A DNA stretch of 64,000 bases from Parcubacteria group bacterium Gr01-1014_13 (GTDB lineage Bacteria; Patescibacteriota; Patescibacteriia; Magasanikbacterales; GWA2-37-8). Each line of letters starts with the position of its first letter. Within the stretch, counting starts at the first letter, position 1. The notes under the pieces were generated by a model. The model had not been told where the DNA came from, did not search any database, and was given only the letters and a program-made list of their open reading frames with translations. The stretch lies in the NCBI GenBank assembly GCA_007376295.1, contig VMGB01000002.1, forward strand, positions 2,843 through 66,842. Direction: 5' to 3'. A program made the translations under genes and the position numbers. Shown in pieces: positions 1 to 8,439 of the stretch.

Positions 1-1447
1 ATCTGACGCCTATTACGCCGACCATTACCACCGCGGCCATCACTACAATCACGCTAAAAGAAAAAGCCAGTTTGTACTGAGGTGTGTTTTCAAGGGTGAA
101 ATGTTTTTCTTTCACCACGTTATGGCCAAGCAGAGATAATCCGGATATTATCATACCCAGTAATAACCACCAGAAAATCCAAAGAGAAACATTATAAAAA
201 TTTGTAACCATACCCACCCACATTACTATCCAGGCAATTACAGTCAAAAATACATCCAAACGGATATTGCTCTTGCTCAAATTAAGACTAAAAGTAATGC
301 CGGAACTGCTCCCTCTAGATTTAAACCAAGTGGTAAACACATGCCCCAAAACGAACAAAAGCATAAACACAAATCCCAAAGCCAACAACAATCCCCCTTC
401 GGATAAAATAGCAAAAAAGGTATTAAGGGGCTGATTAAATCTGAGTGACCATGCGGTTTTATCAAAATTAAAATCAACGGTTCTGAATTTAGAAAAATCA
501 ACGGCAAATGTTCCCAGCCCACTGCCAACCAAAAAATCTTTGGCTCCGGAAAATAAAACATTTTTTGTTATCGACCATGAAGGCTTAGCGCTCAACGAAG
601 TTTCGGCCGGCAAAACCGATTGCAGAGACCGCGGACTGCCAAACATTATAAAGACGCTAGTTACTATCAACAAAGCAAACAAAACCGAAAGCCAGCCCAA
701 TCGGGCATCTTGCAAAAAACTAACTCCCAATAATAAAAGCAGTATCAAGCCTACCAGCATCACCCACCAAAGAAACGCATAACCCATTACCAAGAGCGGC
801 ACTGCCGCTAGTATCATTATAAAAAAATAAAATAAAGCTCTGCTCACGCCAATATTCTTTTTTATCAGCGATCCGGCGGACAGGATAAAAATTATAATCA
901 TCCATAAACTAAAGGAGCTGTTCACGCTATCGACCACATTCCAAGCAAAACCGACAAATGGCAAGTTTAAACCAAAAAGTGTTTTTAAAATAAATAAAGT
1001 AGAAGCCGCTCCTCCCACCAATAATACCGTATCAAAAACTCCGCGCCATCGTTCGGGATTATGAAGCGTATTAACGATAACAAAATAAAATAAAACTAAA
1101 AAAAACAAGAACACAAAATTCAAAATAAAATATTCACCACGACCAAGAAAACTGTCGTACAGATTAACAGAAAACAGAGCGGATACCAAGGCCACCGCTA
1201 AAAATATGAGCAGAGGAATATCAAGTACCGATAACCGATAAGAAATTTTTTTTGCTAAAACAATTTTGACCGCAAAAAGCAACAAACTTAAGAGTAAAAA
1301 ACCTATAAAAACATACTGCTTGGATAATACATGGGGGTTAAATAAATTTTTATCAATAAAAAGAGATGCTAAAATAATATTTAATAGAATAACTCCATAA
1401 GAAGCTAGATCAAAAAATTTAATTAGGCCTTGATTTTGAGTTGACAT
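1..1447 (-). CDS. polytopic membrane protein, O-antigen ligase/Wzy_C-like (N-terminal ~482 aa; C-terminus runs off the window edge)
   Basis: Hand translation from the ATG at 1447 down to position 1 gives an uninterrupted frame. It is absent from the ORF track because the stop lies outside the window. Many TM helices. A GSGLGTF...PLNTFFAILSEGGLLG motif resembles the G-x-G-x-G-x-F...PHN...E-G-LLG motif of the O-antigen ligase paralog at 62621..63895. Confidence 0.5.
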   Translation of the reverse strand, partial: MSTQNQGLIKFFDLASYGVILLNIILASLFIDKNLFNPHVLSKQYVFIGFLLLSLLLFAVKIVLAKKISYRLSVLDIPLLIFLAVALVSALFSVNLYDSFLGRGEYFILNFVFLFFLVLFYFVIVNTLHNPERWRGVFDTVLLVGGAASTLFILKTLFGLNLPFVGFAWNVVDSVNSSFSLWMIIIFILSAGSLIKKNIGVSRALFYFFIMILAAVPLLVMGYAFLWWVMLVGLILLLLLGVSFLQDARLGWLSVLFALLIVTSVFIMFGSPRSLQSVLPAETSLSAKPSWSITKNVLFSGAKDFLVGSGLGTFAVDFSKFRTVDFNFDKTAWSLRFNQPLNTFFAILSEGGLLLALGFVFMLLFVLGHVFTTWFKSRGSSSGITFSLNLSKSNIRLDVFLTVIAWIVMWVGMVTNFYNVSLWIFWWLLLGMIISGLSLLGHNVVKEKHFTLENTPQYKLAFSFSVIVVMAAVVMVGVIGVR

Positions 1448-1615
1448 ATTATTGTTTAAATATTTTAAAGGCAGTGTTTAAATTATACCATGTCTTATAT
1501 TTTCAAGCAAAGTGAACAGAGCAAGTGTTTATACACAGGTTTTTGACAATTTTAAATTAATAAATTATAATGAGTATGTTTCTCAGAGAAACAGAATGTT
1601 TCATAAGAAACTTAT

Positions 1616-1993
1616 GTGTTAGAAACAATTCCGCTCCTACCCCTACCATCATATGACTTCATTGCCGGTCTATTAACTAGTACCGGATCTTTTCTTTGGG
1701 TAAAACAAAAAAACTCAGAGGTACCGGTTTTTCAGCTCAAAATGCAAGCTGGGGATCATGAGCTACTTGAACTTGTCAAATCCAAGTTAAGAATTAAAGA
1801 AAGTATACACCAATATATACATCAAGGCCGTAACTACTCACTTTTGCTCATCAGAAGCAGAAAAACAATTGAAACTATACTTATACCTATCTTTGATGGG
1901 CGGTTATTTGGACAAAAACAGGTTCAATTTGATTTATGGAAAAAGAAATACTTTGAGAAGAAACTTGATTTTGTGTATAAAAAGCATTCTTAA
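1616..1993 (+). CDS. LAGLIDADG-like homing-endonuclease fold protein, probably catalytically degenerate
   Basis: The N-terminal FIAGLLTSTGSF matches the LAGLIDADG-x-F block, but the conserved acidic residues are replaced by Thr. It is about 125 aa, like the single-motif family, and is free-standing rather than inside an intron. Confidence 0.35.
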   Translation: MLETIPLLPLPSYDFIAGLLTSTGSFLWVKQKNSEVPVFQLKMQAGDHELLELVKSKLRIKESIHQYIHQGRNYSLLLIRSRKTIETILIPIFDGRLFGQKQVQFDLWKKKYFEKKLDFVYKKHS

Positions 1994-2140
1994 ATATATA
2001 AATGTTCCGTGTGAAACATTTATCTCAAAAAATGCCTTATACACTGGATAAATTGAGTTATTTGTATACTCTAGTCTATACAATTGTGCACTTAACCACC
2101 CATTTATACACAGAGTTATCCACTTTTATAAACACCCAGA

Positions 2141-2170
2141 CAAAAATAAAAGGAGCGTTTTTGCGCTCCA
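2141..2170 (-). terminator. intrinsic terminator of the Cys-rich three-gene operon
   Basis: GGAGCG/CGCTCC hairpin followed by a T-tract on the minus strand, immediately after the stop of 2184..2489. Confidence 0.6.
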
Positions 2171-2183
2171 GAATAAACAACTA

Positions 2184-2489
2184 TTACTCGTCAGGTACGT
2201 AATCCTTAGGCTTCTCAGAAAAAAGTTTCATAGAAGCAATGGCGTGGGTTTGATCGCTTAGATCTTCACCTGTTACAGCGTCAAATGGTCCCTCCGCAAC
2301 ATCTAACCAAACCTTGCCTTCACTAACAGCTACTACTTCATCCTTCTCATAAAGGCCGCGTATAGCAACCCAAACGGTTTGCCCCTTCTTAAATACAGGC
2401 TTTGCACTAGGTTTTGGCTTATTATTAGCCTTTTTCTTGCTTTTCGCCATTTTTACTTTAACCATCCCTTCTCTTTCATTGCCTTGCAT
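2184..2489 (-). CDS. small hypothetical protein with basic N-terminus and acidic C-terminus; last gene of the operon
   Basis: ORF overlaps the stop of the upstream gene (ATGG overlap at M9), suggesting translational coupling. The true start is probably the internal Met. Confidence 0.45.
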   Translation of the reverse strand: MQGNEREGMVKVKMAKSKKKANNKPKPSAKPVFKKGQTVWVAIRGLYEKDEVVAVSEGKVWLDVAEGPFDAVTGEDLSDQTHAIASMKLFSEKPKDYVPDE

Positions 2490-2692
2490 TCACCGCAACA
2501 ATCCTTAATCTCGGTAGTGAAGTCACTTTCCGAAATTTTGGTAGTCAAGGCATAGCAATGCTTACAATAGTAACACATGGCAGTCCCGGCGGGCAGACTA
2601 CTACTATCTATCATCTTAGGTTCATTTTCGTCACGCCTCTTCTTAAAGGCTTCTACAGCAAGCCTCTGTTCTTTTGATACAGTTTCTTTCAT
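2453..2692 (-). CDS. small Cys-rich (CxxCxxC ... CCGEC) zinc-ribbon-like protein
   Basis: 79 aa ORF with two Cys clusters. Stop/start overlaps its neighbours within an operon. Confidence 0.5.
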   Translation of the reverse strand: MKETVSKEQRLAVEAFKKRRDENEPKMIDSSSLPAGTAMCYYCKHCYALTTKISESDFTTEIKDCCGECKAMKEKGWLK

Positions 2693-3147
2693 TACGGACT
2701 CCTTTTTGGTTCAGAGATCTGGTATAGACGCTCTGATTGGTTGCAACAGACAACTTGACCTTCCACCCATGTTCCTGCCATATACGAGGTATTAGCCAAA
2801 TCATTAAGGTGCCGGTGCCGCGTACAATCACCCTTCATTTCAGACGGACAACAGGCACAAAGATCTTTAACTTCGGCATTAAAAAGTTGCGGCTGAAGAT
2901 TACCAATCGTAGGCTTCGTGGGATCAAACTCTTCACCACGATGACTGAAAATCCGAAGCTTTTGGTATGAGAAACACGTTTTGATGATATGTTCTTGCCG
3001 TACGCCAGGTGTCTTGAATTCACCAATTAAATCAGAAGCCATATGATAGGCACAACCTAATTCATTTCTGCAACTTTTGCAGAGTGACTGAATCTTATGC
3101 TCCTTAAGCGATTTAATATTCTGACATGTTTCTTCTGAATTTGACAT
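2692..3147 (-). CDS. Cys-rich hypothetical protein (151 aa, about 13 Cys)
   Basis: Strong RBS AGGAGG 6 nt upstream of the ATG at 3147. A consensus promoter lies upstream. First gene of a three-gene operon. Confidence 0.6.
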   Translation of the reverse strand: MSNSEETCQNIKSLKEHKIQSLCKSCRNELGCAYHMASDLIGEFKTPGVRQEHIIKTCFSYQKLRIFSHRGEEFDPTKPTIGNLQPQLFNAEVKDLCACCPSEMKGDCTRHRHLNDLANTSYMAGTWVEGQVVCCNQSERLYQISEPKRSP

Positions 3148-3174
3148 GTTGACCTCCTAAAGGTGTTGAAGGCA

Positions 3175-3203
3175 AATATAACGAAAAGGTGACGGCGTGT
3201 CAA
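3175..3203 (-). promoter_or_regulatory. sigma70-like promoter TTGACA-17-TATATT for the Cys-rich operon
   Basis: Minus-strand -35 TTGACA (3198..3203), 17-nt spacer, -10 TATATT (3175..3180), just upstream of the RBS and ATG at 3147. Confidence 0.6.
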
Positions 3204-3244
3204 GCGCTTGCCAACAGATAAATTTTGAGTTAAAATGCCCACAT

Positions 3245-3316
3245 TGCCCCTGTCGTTCAGTGGATAGGACAAGGGTTTCCTAAACCTTAAACCCAGGTTC
3301 GACTCCTGGTGGGGGC
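3245..3316 (+). tRNA. tRNA-Arg (anticodon CCT)
   Basis: Hand-folded cloverleaf: 7-bp acceptor (two G-U pairs), D stem GTTC/GGAC, anticodon stem AGGGT/ACCTT with loop TTCCTAA, T arm CCAGG-TTCGACT-CCTGG, discriminator A. Confidence 0.8.
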
Positions 3317-3329
3317 ACAGAAGGTCAAC

Positions 3330-3400
3330 TGGGCCTATGGTCTAGTGGCATGACGTAGCATTCGCATTGCTGAAACGCGAGTTCGATTCTCGCTAGGTCC
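3330..3400 (+). tRNA. tRNA-Ala (anticodon CGC)
   Basis: Acceptor GGGCCTA/TAGGTCC with the G3:U70 alanine identity pair. Anticodon loop TTCGCAT. T arm GCGAG-TTCGATT-CTCGC. Confidence 0.8.
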
Positions 3401-3407
3401 ACAAAAT

Positions 3408-3626
3408 ATGTTTTCATTACAACCACAATTCTTCGATATATTTGGAGCCATCGCTTTTGTTTTTATCATCTACTTTTCTATACGAGGATTGTTTGACAGA
3501 CAAATTTTGTGGGGACTATTTGGCAAGAAAATTCCTAACTGGATGCTAATTACCCTTTTATCAATAGGACTCTTGGGATTAATCATAGATAGTATAATGG
3601 TTTACACGTTTTATCTAAAATACTAA
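3408..3626 (+). CDS. small two-TM membrane protein (72 aa), hypothetical
   Basis: ORF starts 8 nt after tRNA-Ala. Hydrophobic. An imperfect hairpin plus T-rich tract follows. Confidence 0.35.
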   Translation: MFSLQPQFFDIFGAIAFVFIIYFSIRGLFDRQILWGLFGKKIPNWMLITLLSIGLLGLIIDSIMVYTFYLKY

Positions 3627-3702
3627 GGTATTTTCTTCGTTCACTCGAGAAAGAAAATTTATTTTCTTTCTCCTCATTCAACTTGAAAATAATTTTTACC
3701 GT

Positions 3703-4788
3703 ATGCAAACTCTCATCATCATTTCTCTATTGCTCCTGCTATTTACCTCTCTAGTAATCGCTTTTTTGCTTTTTAAAAAAATAAATGAATCACAAAAACC
3801 AAAGGAAGGCGAACAGAATCTTTTTTTGATGCTGCAAAATCAAATTCAAGATTTAAATAGATTAGTAGAACAAAAAATTACTGACACTCACAAGGTAATG
3901 ACTGAAACGCAAACTAATTTAAACAAAACAATCCAAACGCAATTCGGCCAGAGCATGAAAATAATTACCGATGTTACGGAACAGTTAACTAAATTAGACG
4001 AAACAAACCGTCAAGTAATTAATTTCACGGATCAATTGCAAAGTTTGCAAGATATTTTAAAAAATCCGAAGCAACGCGGAATTTTAGGAGAATATTATCT
4101 GGAAACATTATTAAAAAATGTTTTGGCTCCAAGCCAATATCAAATGCAATACGGATTTAACAATGGCGAAATAGTTGACGCAGTGGTTTTTGTTAAAGAC
4201 AAAATCATACCAGTTGACTCCAAATTCAGTCTGGAGAATTATAACCGCATGATTGAAACAAATGAGCCTGCCGAAAAAATCAGATTAGAAAAACTTTTTG
4301 TAAATGATTTAAAATTGCGTATTAGCGAAACGGCAAAATATATTAGACCCGAAGAAGGGACAATGGAATTTGCTTTTATGTTTATTCCTCACGAAGCTAT
4401 CTACTATGATTTACTGATTAATAAAATCGGCGCTATTACCGAAGATACAGAAAATTTAATCCAACGGGCAGCAGGGAAGTATAAAGTAATAATTGTTTCA
4501 CCAACATCATTTCTCGCTTATTTGCAAACTGTCCTACAGGGTCTAAAGGCAATGCAGATAGAAGAAACAACTAAAGATATTATAAGACGTGTCGGGGAAA
4601 TAGGCACACACTTAAAAAAATACGAGGAATACCATGGCAAGCTAGGCAATTCTCTTGGTACGGTTGTCAGCCATTTCAATAACTCAAGCAAAGAATTCAA
4701 AAAGATAGACAAGGACGTTGTGCGTATTACCGGCGCCTCGGCCGGTTTTGAGACTACTTTGATAGACAAGCCAGACTTGGAAGAATAG
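3703..4788 (+). CDS. rmuC: DNA recombination protein RmuC
   Basis: N-terminal TM plus coiled coil, then a PKQRGILGE...L motif and conserved C-terminal RmuC-domain blocks. 361 aa. Confidence 0.8.
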   Translation: MQTLIIISLLLLLFTSLVIAFLLFKKINESQKPKEGEQNLFLMLQNQIQDLNRLVEQKITDTHKVMTETQTNLNKTIQTQFGQSMKIITDVTEQLTKLDETNRQVINFTDQLQSLQDILKNPKQRGILGEYYLETLLKNVLAPSQYQMQYGFNNGEIVDAVVFVKDKIIPVDSKFSLENYNRMIETNEPAEKIRLEKLFVNDLKLRISETAKYIRPEEGTMEFAFMFIPHEAIYYDLLINKIGAITEDTENLIQRAAGKYKVIIVSPTSFLAYLQTVLQGLKAMQIEETTKDIIRRVGEIGTHLKKYEEYHGKLGNSLGTVVSHFNNSSKEFKKIDKDVVRITGASAGFETTLIDKPDLEE

Positions 4789-4794
4789 ATCCCC

Positions 4795-4823
4795 TTGACA
4801 TATATCTAAAATATAGCTATAAT
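4795..4823 (+). promoter_or_regulatory. perfect consensus sigma70 promoter TTGACA-17-TATAAT for the dinJ-yafQ operon
   Basis: TTGACA 4795..4800, 17-nt spacer, TATAAT 4818..4823, about 30 nt upstream of the ATG at 4853. Confidence 0.7.
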
Positions 4824-4852
4824 ATATATGTTAAATCATTCATTTAAATAAT

Positions 4853-5128
4853 ATGGTAACACAAGTAATCTTCAAAATCGATAAAAAACTCAAAGATAAA
4901 GCTATGGCCAAGGCGCAAAACGAGGGTATTGCTTTTGCTTCAGTTCTTAAATTAGCCACTAAAGCATTTGTGGATGGAGATTTTAATATCGGCCTCATTA
5001 ATAGAGAGCTTAGTCCGCGAACAAAAAAAATGCTTGCTCGTGAAATTAAAGATATAAAGGCCGGTAAAAACATGTCGCCAGCATTTAACAATGCAAAGGA
5101 TGCCATTGCTTATCTTAGGGGATTGTAA
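4853..5128 (+). CDS. dinJ: type II antitoxin, DinJ/RelB family (ribbon-helix-helix)
   Basis: N-terminus KIDKKLKDKAMAKAQNEGI...LKLATKAFV resembles the DinJ RHH. Sits directly upstream (3-nt gap) of a YafQ/RelE-like toxin. Confidence 0.65.
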   Translation: MVTQVIFKIDKKLKDKAMAKAQNEGIAFASVLKLATKAFVDGDFNIGLINRELSPRTKKMLAREIKDIKAGKNMSPAFNNAKDAIAYLRGL

Positions 5129-5131
5129 TTC

Positions 5132-5386
5132 ATGAAAATCGTCTACAAAAAACGGTTTGAAAAAAATTTCAAAAAACTTCCGCCAAATGTCGGGGAACAG
5201 TTTTATCAACGGTTAAACTTATTTTTGCAGGATAAATTTGATAAAACACTTAACAACCATTCGGTATATAAAGTTTTTCCTAATTGCAGAAGTATTAATG
5301 TAAATGGTGATTACCGGGTAATTTTTGAAGATCATGGAGACTTGATTGTATTTATCACTATAGACACTCATTCAAATCTTTACTAA
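5132..5386 (+). CDS. yafQ: type II toxin, RelE/YafQ family mRNA interferase
   Basis: 84 aa with ...GDYRVIFEDHGDLIVFITIDTHSNLY, typical of the YafQ/RelE C-terminus. Confidence 0.75.
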   Translation: MKIVYKKRFEKNFKKLPPNVGEQFYQRLNLFLQDKFDKTLNNHSVYKVFPNCRSINVNGDYRVIFEDHGDLIVFITIDTHSNLY

Positions 5387-5483
5387 CCTTGCCCTTGACT
5401 TTTCTACTTATATATAGTACTCTTATTTCCAGTTAACAAACTTCACTCTCATTTTTGTTGACCTTTAATCGTTAATTTACACT

Positions 5484-5729
5484 ATGCCTAATATACAAAG
5501 CGCCAGAAAAGAACTTCGTAAAGCAAAAAAGCGCGCCGCTCTAAACAAGCTACGCCGCGAAAATTTTAAAGATTCTATCAAAAAGGCAATAAAAACACCT
5601 AGTGCTGACACTATCAAAGCTGCTCAAAAAGCTTTAGACAAGGCAGCAAAAGCCGGTGTAATAAAAAAGAATACGGCTTCCCGTAGACTTTCCCGCCTGA
5701 TGAAGAAACTAGCAAAAACAACAAAATAA
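5484..5729 (+). CDS. rpsT: 30S ribosomal protein S20
   Basis: MPNIQSARKELRKAKKRAALNKLRR... basic alpha-helical 81 aa protein, a classic S20. Confidence 0.9.
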   Translation: MPNIQSARKELRKAKKRAALNKLRRENFKDSIKKAIKTPSADTIKAAQKALDKAAKAGVIKKNTASRRLSRLMKKLAKTTK

Positions 5730-5740
5730 ATTAAAAATTT

Positions 5741-5926
5741 ATGAAAACTGTTAAGTGCGACTTATGCGAAGTAACTGTGGAAGGTGAGACTTTCGAAGAC
5801 TGGATGAACGCTCTTAAACCACACTATTTCGAAGCTCATGCGGACGTAATGAAGGATTCCACTAAAACTAAAGAAGATATGGAGAAGTGGATGGTAGAAA
5901 ATAAGGCGAGATTTGAAGCTGCTTAA
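5741..5926 (+). CDS. DUF1059-like small metal-binding protein
   Basis: MKTVKCDLCEV...FEDW...H..EAH pattern resembles the DUF1059 family. Confidence 0.4.
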   Translation: MKTVKCDLCEVTVEGETFEDWMNALKPHYFEAHADVMKDSTKTKEDMEKWMVENKARFEAA

Positions 5927-6882
5927 GCTAGCTTCCCTACAAACAAATCAATCAGCAAAGACTGGTCCGCAAGACCGGTCTTTGTTTTTATATCAATTTC
6001 GAGTAACTGGTTATATATATCTTTTAATTTATCTAAAGAATATTTTTTTATAAACGGCAAACTTTTTTTCACCACAAACGGATGCAGATCCAACATTTTG
6101 GCCATGGTGTCACTAGTAATATTTTCCTGGCGATTAAATAAATCGCGCATGGAAATTAATATTCTAAATTGTCGCAGTGCCATTCCAAAAATCAAACCGT
6201 CTTCTTCACCCAAACGCCGCTGTTCTTCTATAAGCTTAAAAGCTAATTTGCGATTACCAACTACAATTGCATCCACCATGTTAAAAATATTGTCATCAAC
6301 TTTTTCTTCCAAAAAAAGTTGCACATCAGCCAAAGAAATTTCTTTTCCTTCGGCATAGGCTATCAGTTGATCAATTAATGAATCCGCATACCAAATATCT
6401 TTACCAACATTTTGCGTTAGATACGCTATAGCAGCCGGATTTATACTTCCTCCGCGCTGCTCTGCTTCAGTTTTTATCCAACCACTCAATTGCGCGCCAA
6501 CTAAATTAATAAATTCTTTGGCCCATTTTTCTTTGGCCAATAATTTTTGTAGTTCTTGAACCAATTTGGATTTACCCATTGATTCACTTTGATAAAATAC
6601 CACGATATTTTTTTCTGGAATCTTTTTTATTCCTTCTACCAATGATTCTAATACATCTGTATCTTTGGTAGACAAAATATTTTGTACCACAATCATTTTT
6701 TTCTCTGCTAAAAATGGCGTGGCCGTAATTTCATTCCAAAGCTGACTACTTTCTACTTTTTGGCCATCTAAAAAAACTACGTTCATCCCTTGAGGATCAC
6801 GTTCTTTTTTAAAGCGTTCTACGTTTTGACTCAAAAAATCCCGGCTTCGAAATGTGTCTTCGCCGTATATATAGATGATCAT
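5923..6882 (-). CDS. holA: DNA polymerase III delta subunit
   Basis: 319 aa. The N-terminus MIIYIYGEDTF is the delta-subunit hallmark, and the helical C-terminus matches. Confidence 0.75.
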   Translation of the reverse strand: MIIYIYGEDTFRSRDFLSQNVERFKKERDPQGMNVVFLDGQKVESSQLWNEITATPFLAEKKMIVVQNILSTKDTDVLESLVEGIKKIPEKNIVVFYQSESMGKSKLVQELQKLLAKEKWAKEFINLVGAQLSGWIKTEAEQRGGSINPAAIAYLTQNVGKDIWYADSLIDQLIAYAEGKEISLADVQLFLEEKVDDNIFNMVDAIVVGNRKLAFKLIEEQRRLGEEDGLIFGMALRQFRILISMRDLFNRQENITSDTMAKMLDLHPFVVKKSLPFIKKYSLDKLKDIYNQLLEIDIKTKTGLADQSLLIDLFVGKLA

Positions 6883-7901
6883 ACTAATGCTCTTTTAATC
6901 ATAAATTCCACTTCCGAATTTGTATTAATATATGTTATTTTTTTATCCGGATGAGAATTTTGATAAGCTCTAAAAATCTCATCAACAAATCCTTGACCCA
7001 CCATCTCTACTCTATCGAAATCCAAAACGATTTCTTTAAACTCATTCAAACCGGCTAACAAACGTCTGGCTTGCGAGCGAGAAATAAAACTGGTATCCAA
7101 GGTATAAAGTTTCACTTTTATTTCGGTCTTGGTAAAACCATGCTCTACTCCGGCAAAATGCGCAAAAATATTTGCCAATTTCTTATTTGTATTTATGTTA
7201 ATCTTAAAAAAAACTTTCGTGCCTCGTTTGTGGCGATGCGGACGGACAAAAATATCATTGATTATATTTTCTATAATCAATTCCGTTTTTTCACTGGCCA
7301 AAGAAAAGACGTCGGCAGCTTTGGAAGTAAAGAAAATACCTTCGCCGGAATGAAACTCGCGCGCCGTAGTTTGTTTGCCTTTAAGCAGATCCTGTATGGC
7401 CTCATGTTCATTTTTCAAATGGCGGCTTCTCATGATTTTGTTAAATATGCCCACGCCAAAATCATCTACAACAAACTCTATGGCATTTTCCGCCTTCTTA
7501 AATTCCACAATAATTTGCCGCGAACCGGAGTGATCAATGGCATTATTCAACATTTCCGTAAAAGCGTATTCCAAAATATTGACCGTTTGTTCAGGAATGT
7601 CTTTAAAAAAATCGGAATTGTATTTTATATCTTTAAAAACTTCATCCTCGTTCAAATCTTTATTTTGCAATTGCTTGCGCCAAACCAACCCTTCCAATCG
7701 AAAAGCTTCTTCGGTATAAGCGATATAACGCACCTGATTTGTTCGGCCAAGGCGCATTATTTTTTTTTGATTAATAACCTCTCTTAAAATTCGGTTAACA
7801 TAGGCTCTGCTAAAACCAGTTAAACCAACCAAATCGGCTATGCTAGCCTCTTTTTTGGTGTTTATAAATTTTATTATTTTTTCTTTAATACCTGGCGCCA
7901 T
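6879..7901 (-). CDS. HTH domain - GHKL ATPase (HATPase_c) - DUF4325/STAS-like protein
   Basis: N-terminal wHTH (ADLVGLTGFSRAYVNRILREV). N-box EMLNNAIDHS and G-box VDDFGVGI of GHKL ATPases. C-terminal IVLDFDRVEMVGQGFVDEIF matches the DUF4325 STAS-like module. Confidence 0.6.
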   Translation of the reverse strand: MAPGIKEKIIKFINTKKEASIADLVGLTGFSRAYVNRILREVINQKKIMRLGRTNQVRYIAYTEEAFRLEGLVWRKQLQNKDLNEDEVFKDIKYNSDFFKDIPEQTVNILEYAFTEMLNNAIDHSGSRQIIVEFKKAENAIEFVVDDFGVGIFNKIMRSRHLKNEHEAIQDLLKGKQTTAREFHSGEGIFFTSKAADVFSLASEKTELIIENIINDIFVRPHRHKRGTKVFFKININTNKKLANIFAHFAGVEHGFTKTEIKVKLYTLDTSFISRSQARRLLAGLNEFKEIVLDFDRVEMVGQGFVDEIFRAYQNSHPDKKITYINTNSEVEFMIKRALV

Positions 7902-7955
7902 AAGGCAAATTTTTAAATAAGGGATTTAATGCCTTTATTATAACATAATTACATA

Positions 7956-8027
7956 AACTTGTCAACTAGTTATTAAAACTTGTATACTAACTTATCAACT
8001 AAATTTATTAACTTGTATACTAACTTA
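7956..8027. repeat. iteron-like direct repeats (about 16-18 bp units, AACTTGTATACTAACTTA x2 exact plus 2 variants) in the divergent intergenic region
   Basis: Exact 18-bp copies at 7977..7994 and 8010..8027. Variants at 7956..7972 and 7990..8008. Each contains a GTATAC core. Confidence 0.6.
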
Positions 8028-8129
8028 GATACAAAGGGTGGTTAGGGCGGCATAAGCAAACGGACCCTTTTTGAATATTTACAAAATCAAACTAACAATA
8101 TAATATATTTCTACCCCAAAAGGAGCCAA

Positions 8130-8393
8130 ATGTCCCAGGCACCAAAACCACCAAACCCATTTGACCCAGTGGAAGAAACAAAAAAACCTCGTAGCCAGCC
8201 TGATCAATCTGAGGAAACCCAAATCTCCAATATGGTGAATGAGGGTGGACATGAACCATCTGATTCTGAAACAGTGGTTCAAAGGGCGTTAGAAACCTTC
8301 AAAAGACTAAACGAAGGTGGTCCAGCCCCCAACCTTGTCATCGAGACAGATGGCAACCATAGCTCTGCCAGATGGGAAACTCCCAAGAAGTAG
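8130..8393 (+). CDS. hydrophilic hypothetical protein (87 aa)
   Basis: RBS AAAGGAG 5 nt upstream of the ATG. Low-complexity acidic/Pro-rich sequence. Confidence 0.4.
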   Translation: MSQAPKPPNPFDPVEETKKPRSQPDQSEETQISNMVNEGGHEPSDSETVVQRALETFKRLNEGGPAPNLVIETDGNHSSARWETPKK

Positions 8394-8404
8394 CCACAAA
8401 ACTA

Positions 8405-8433
8405 TTGACAAAAACCAAGAAATAGGGTATTAT
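8405..8433 (+). promoter_or_regulatory. consensus promoter TTGACA-17-TATTAT driving the GC-rich unit A
   Basis: TTGACA 8405..8410, 17-nt spacer, TATTAT 8428..8433. Confidence 0.55.
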
Positions 8434-8439
8434 AAGCCC

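Noticed and set aside
277-905. Track ORFs 277..561(-), 540..782(+) and 720..905(-).
   Set aside because: They lie in alternative frames of one long uninterrupted minus-strand ORF (1447 down to the window edge). That ORF is a coherent polytopic membrane protein, omitted from the track only because its stop is outside the window.
7071-7787. Long antisense ORFs inside larger genes (for example 7071..7787(+), 16060..16566(+), 42747..43106(-), 56413..56817(-), 57213..57791(-)).
   Set aside because: They run fully antisense within strongly supported genes (HTH-ATPase, polA, guaB, the Cys-repeat protein), have low-complexity composition and no RBS.
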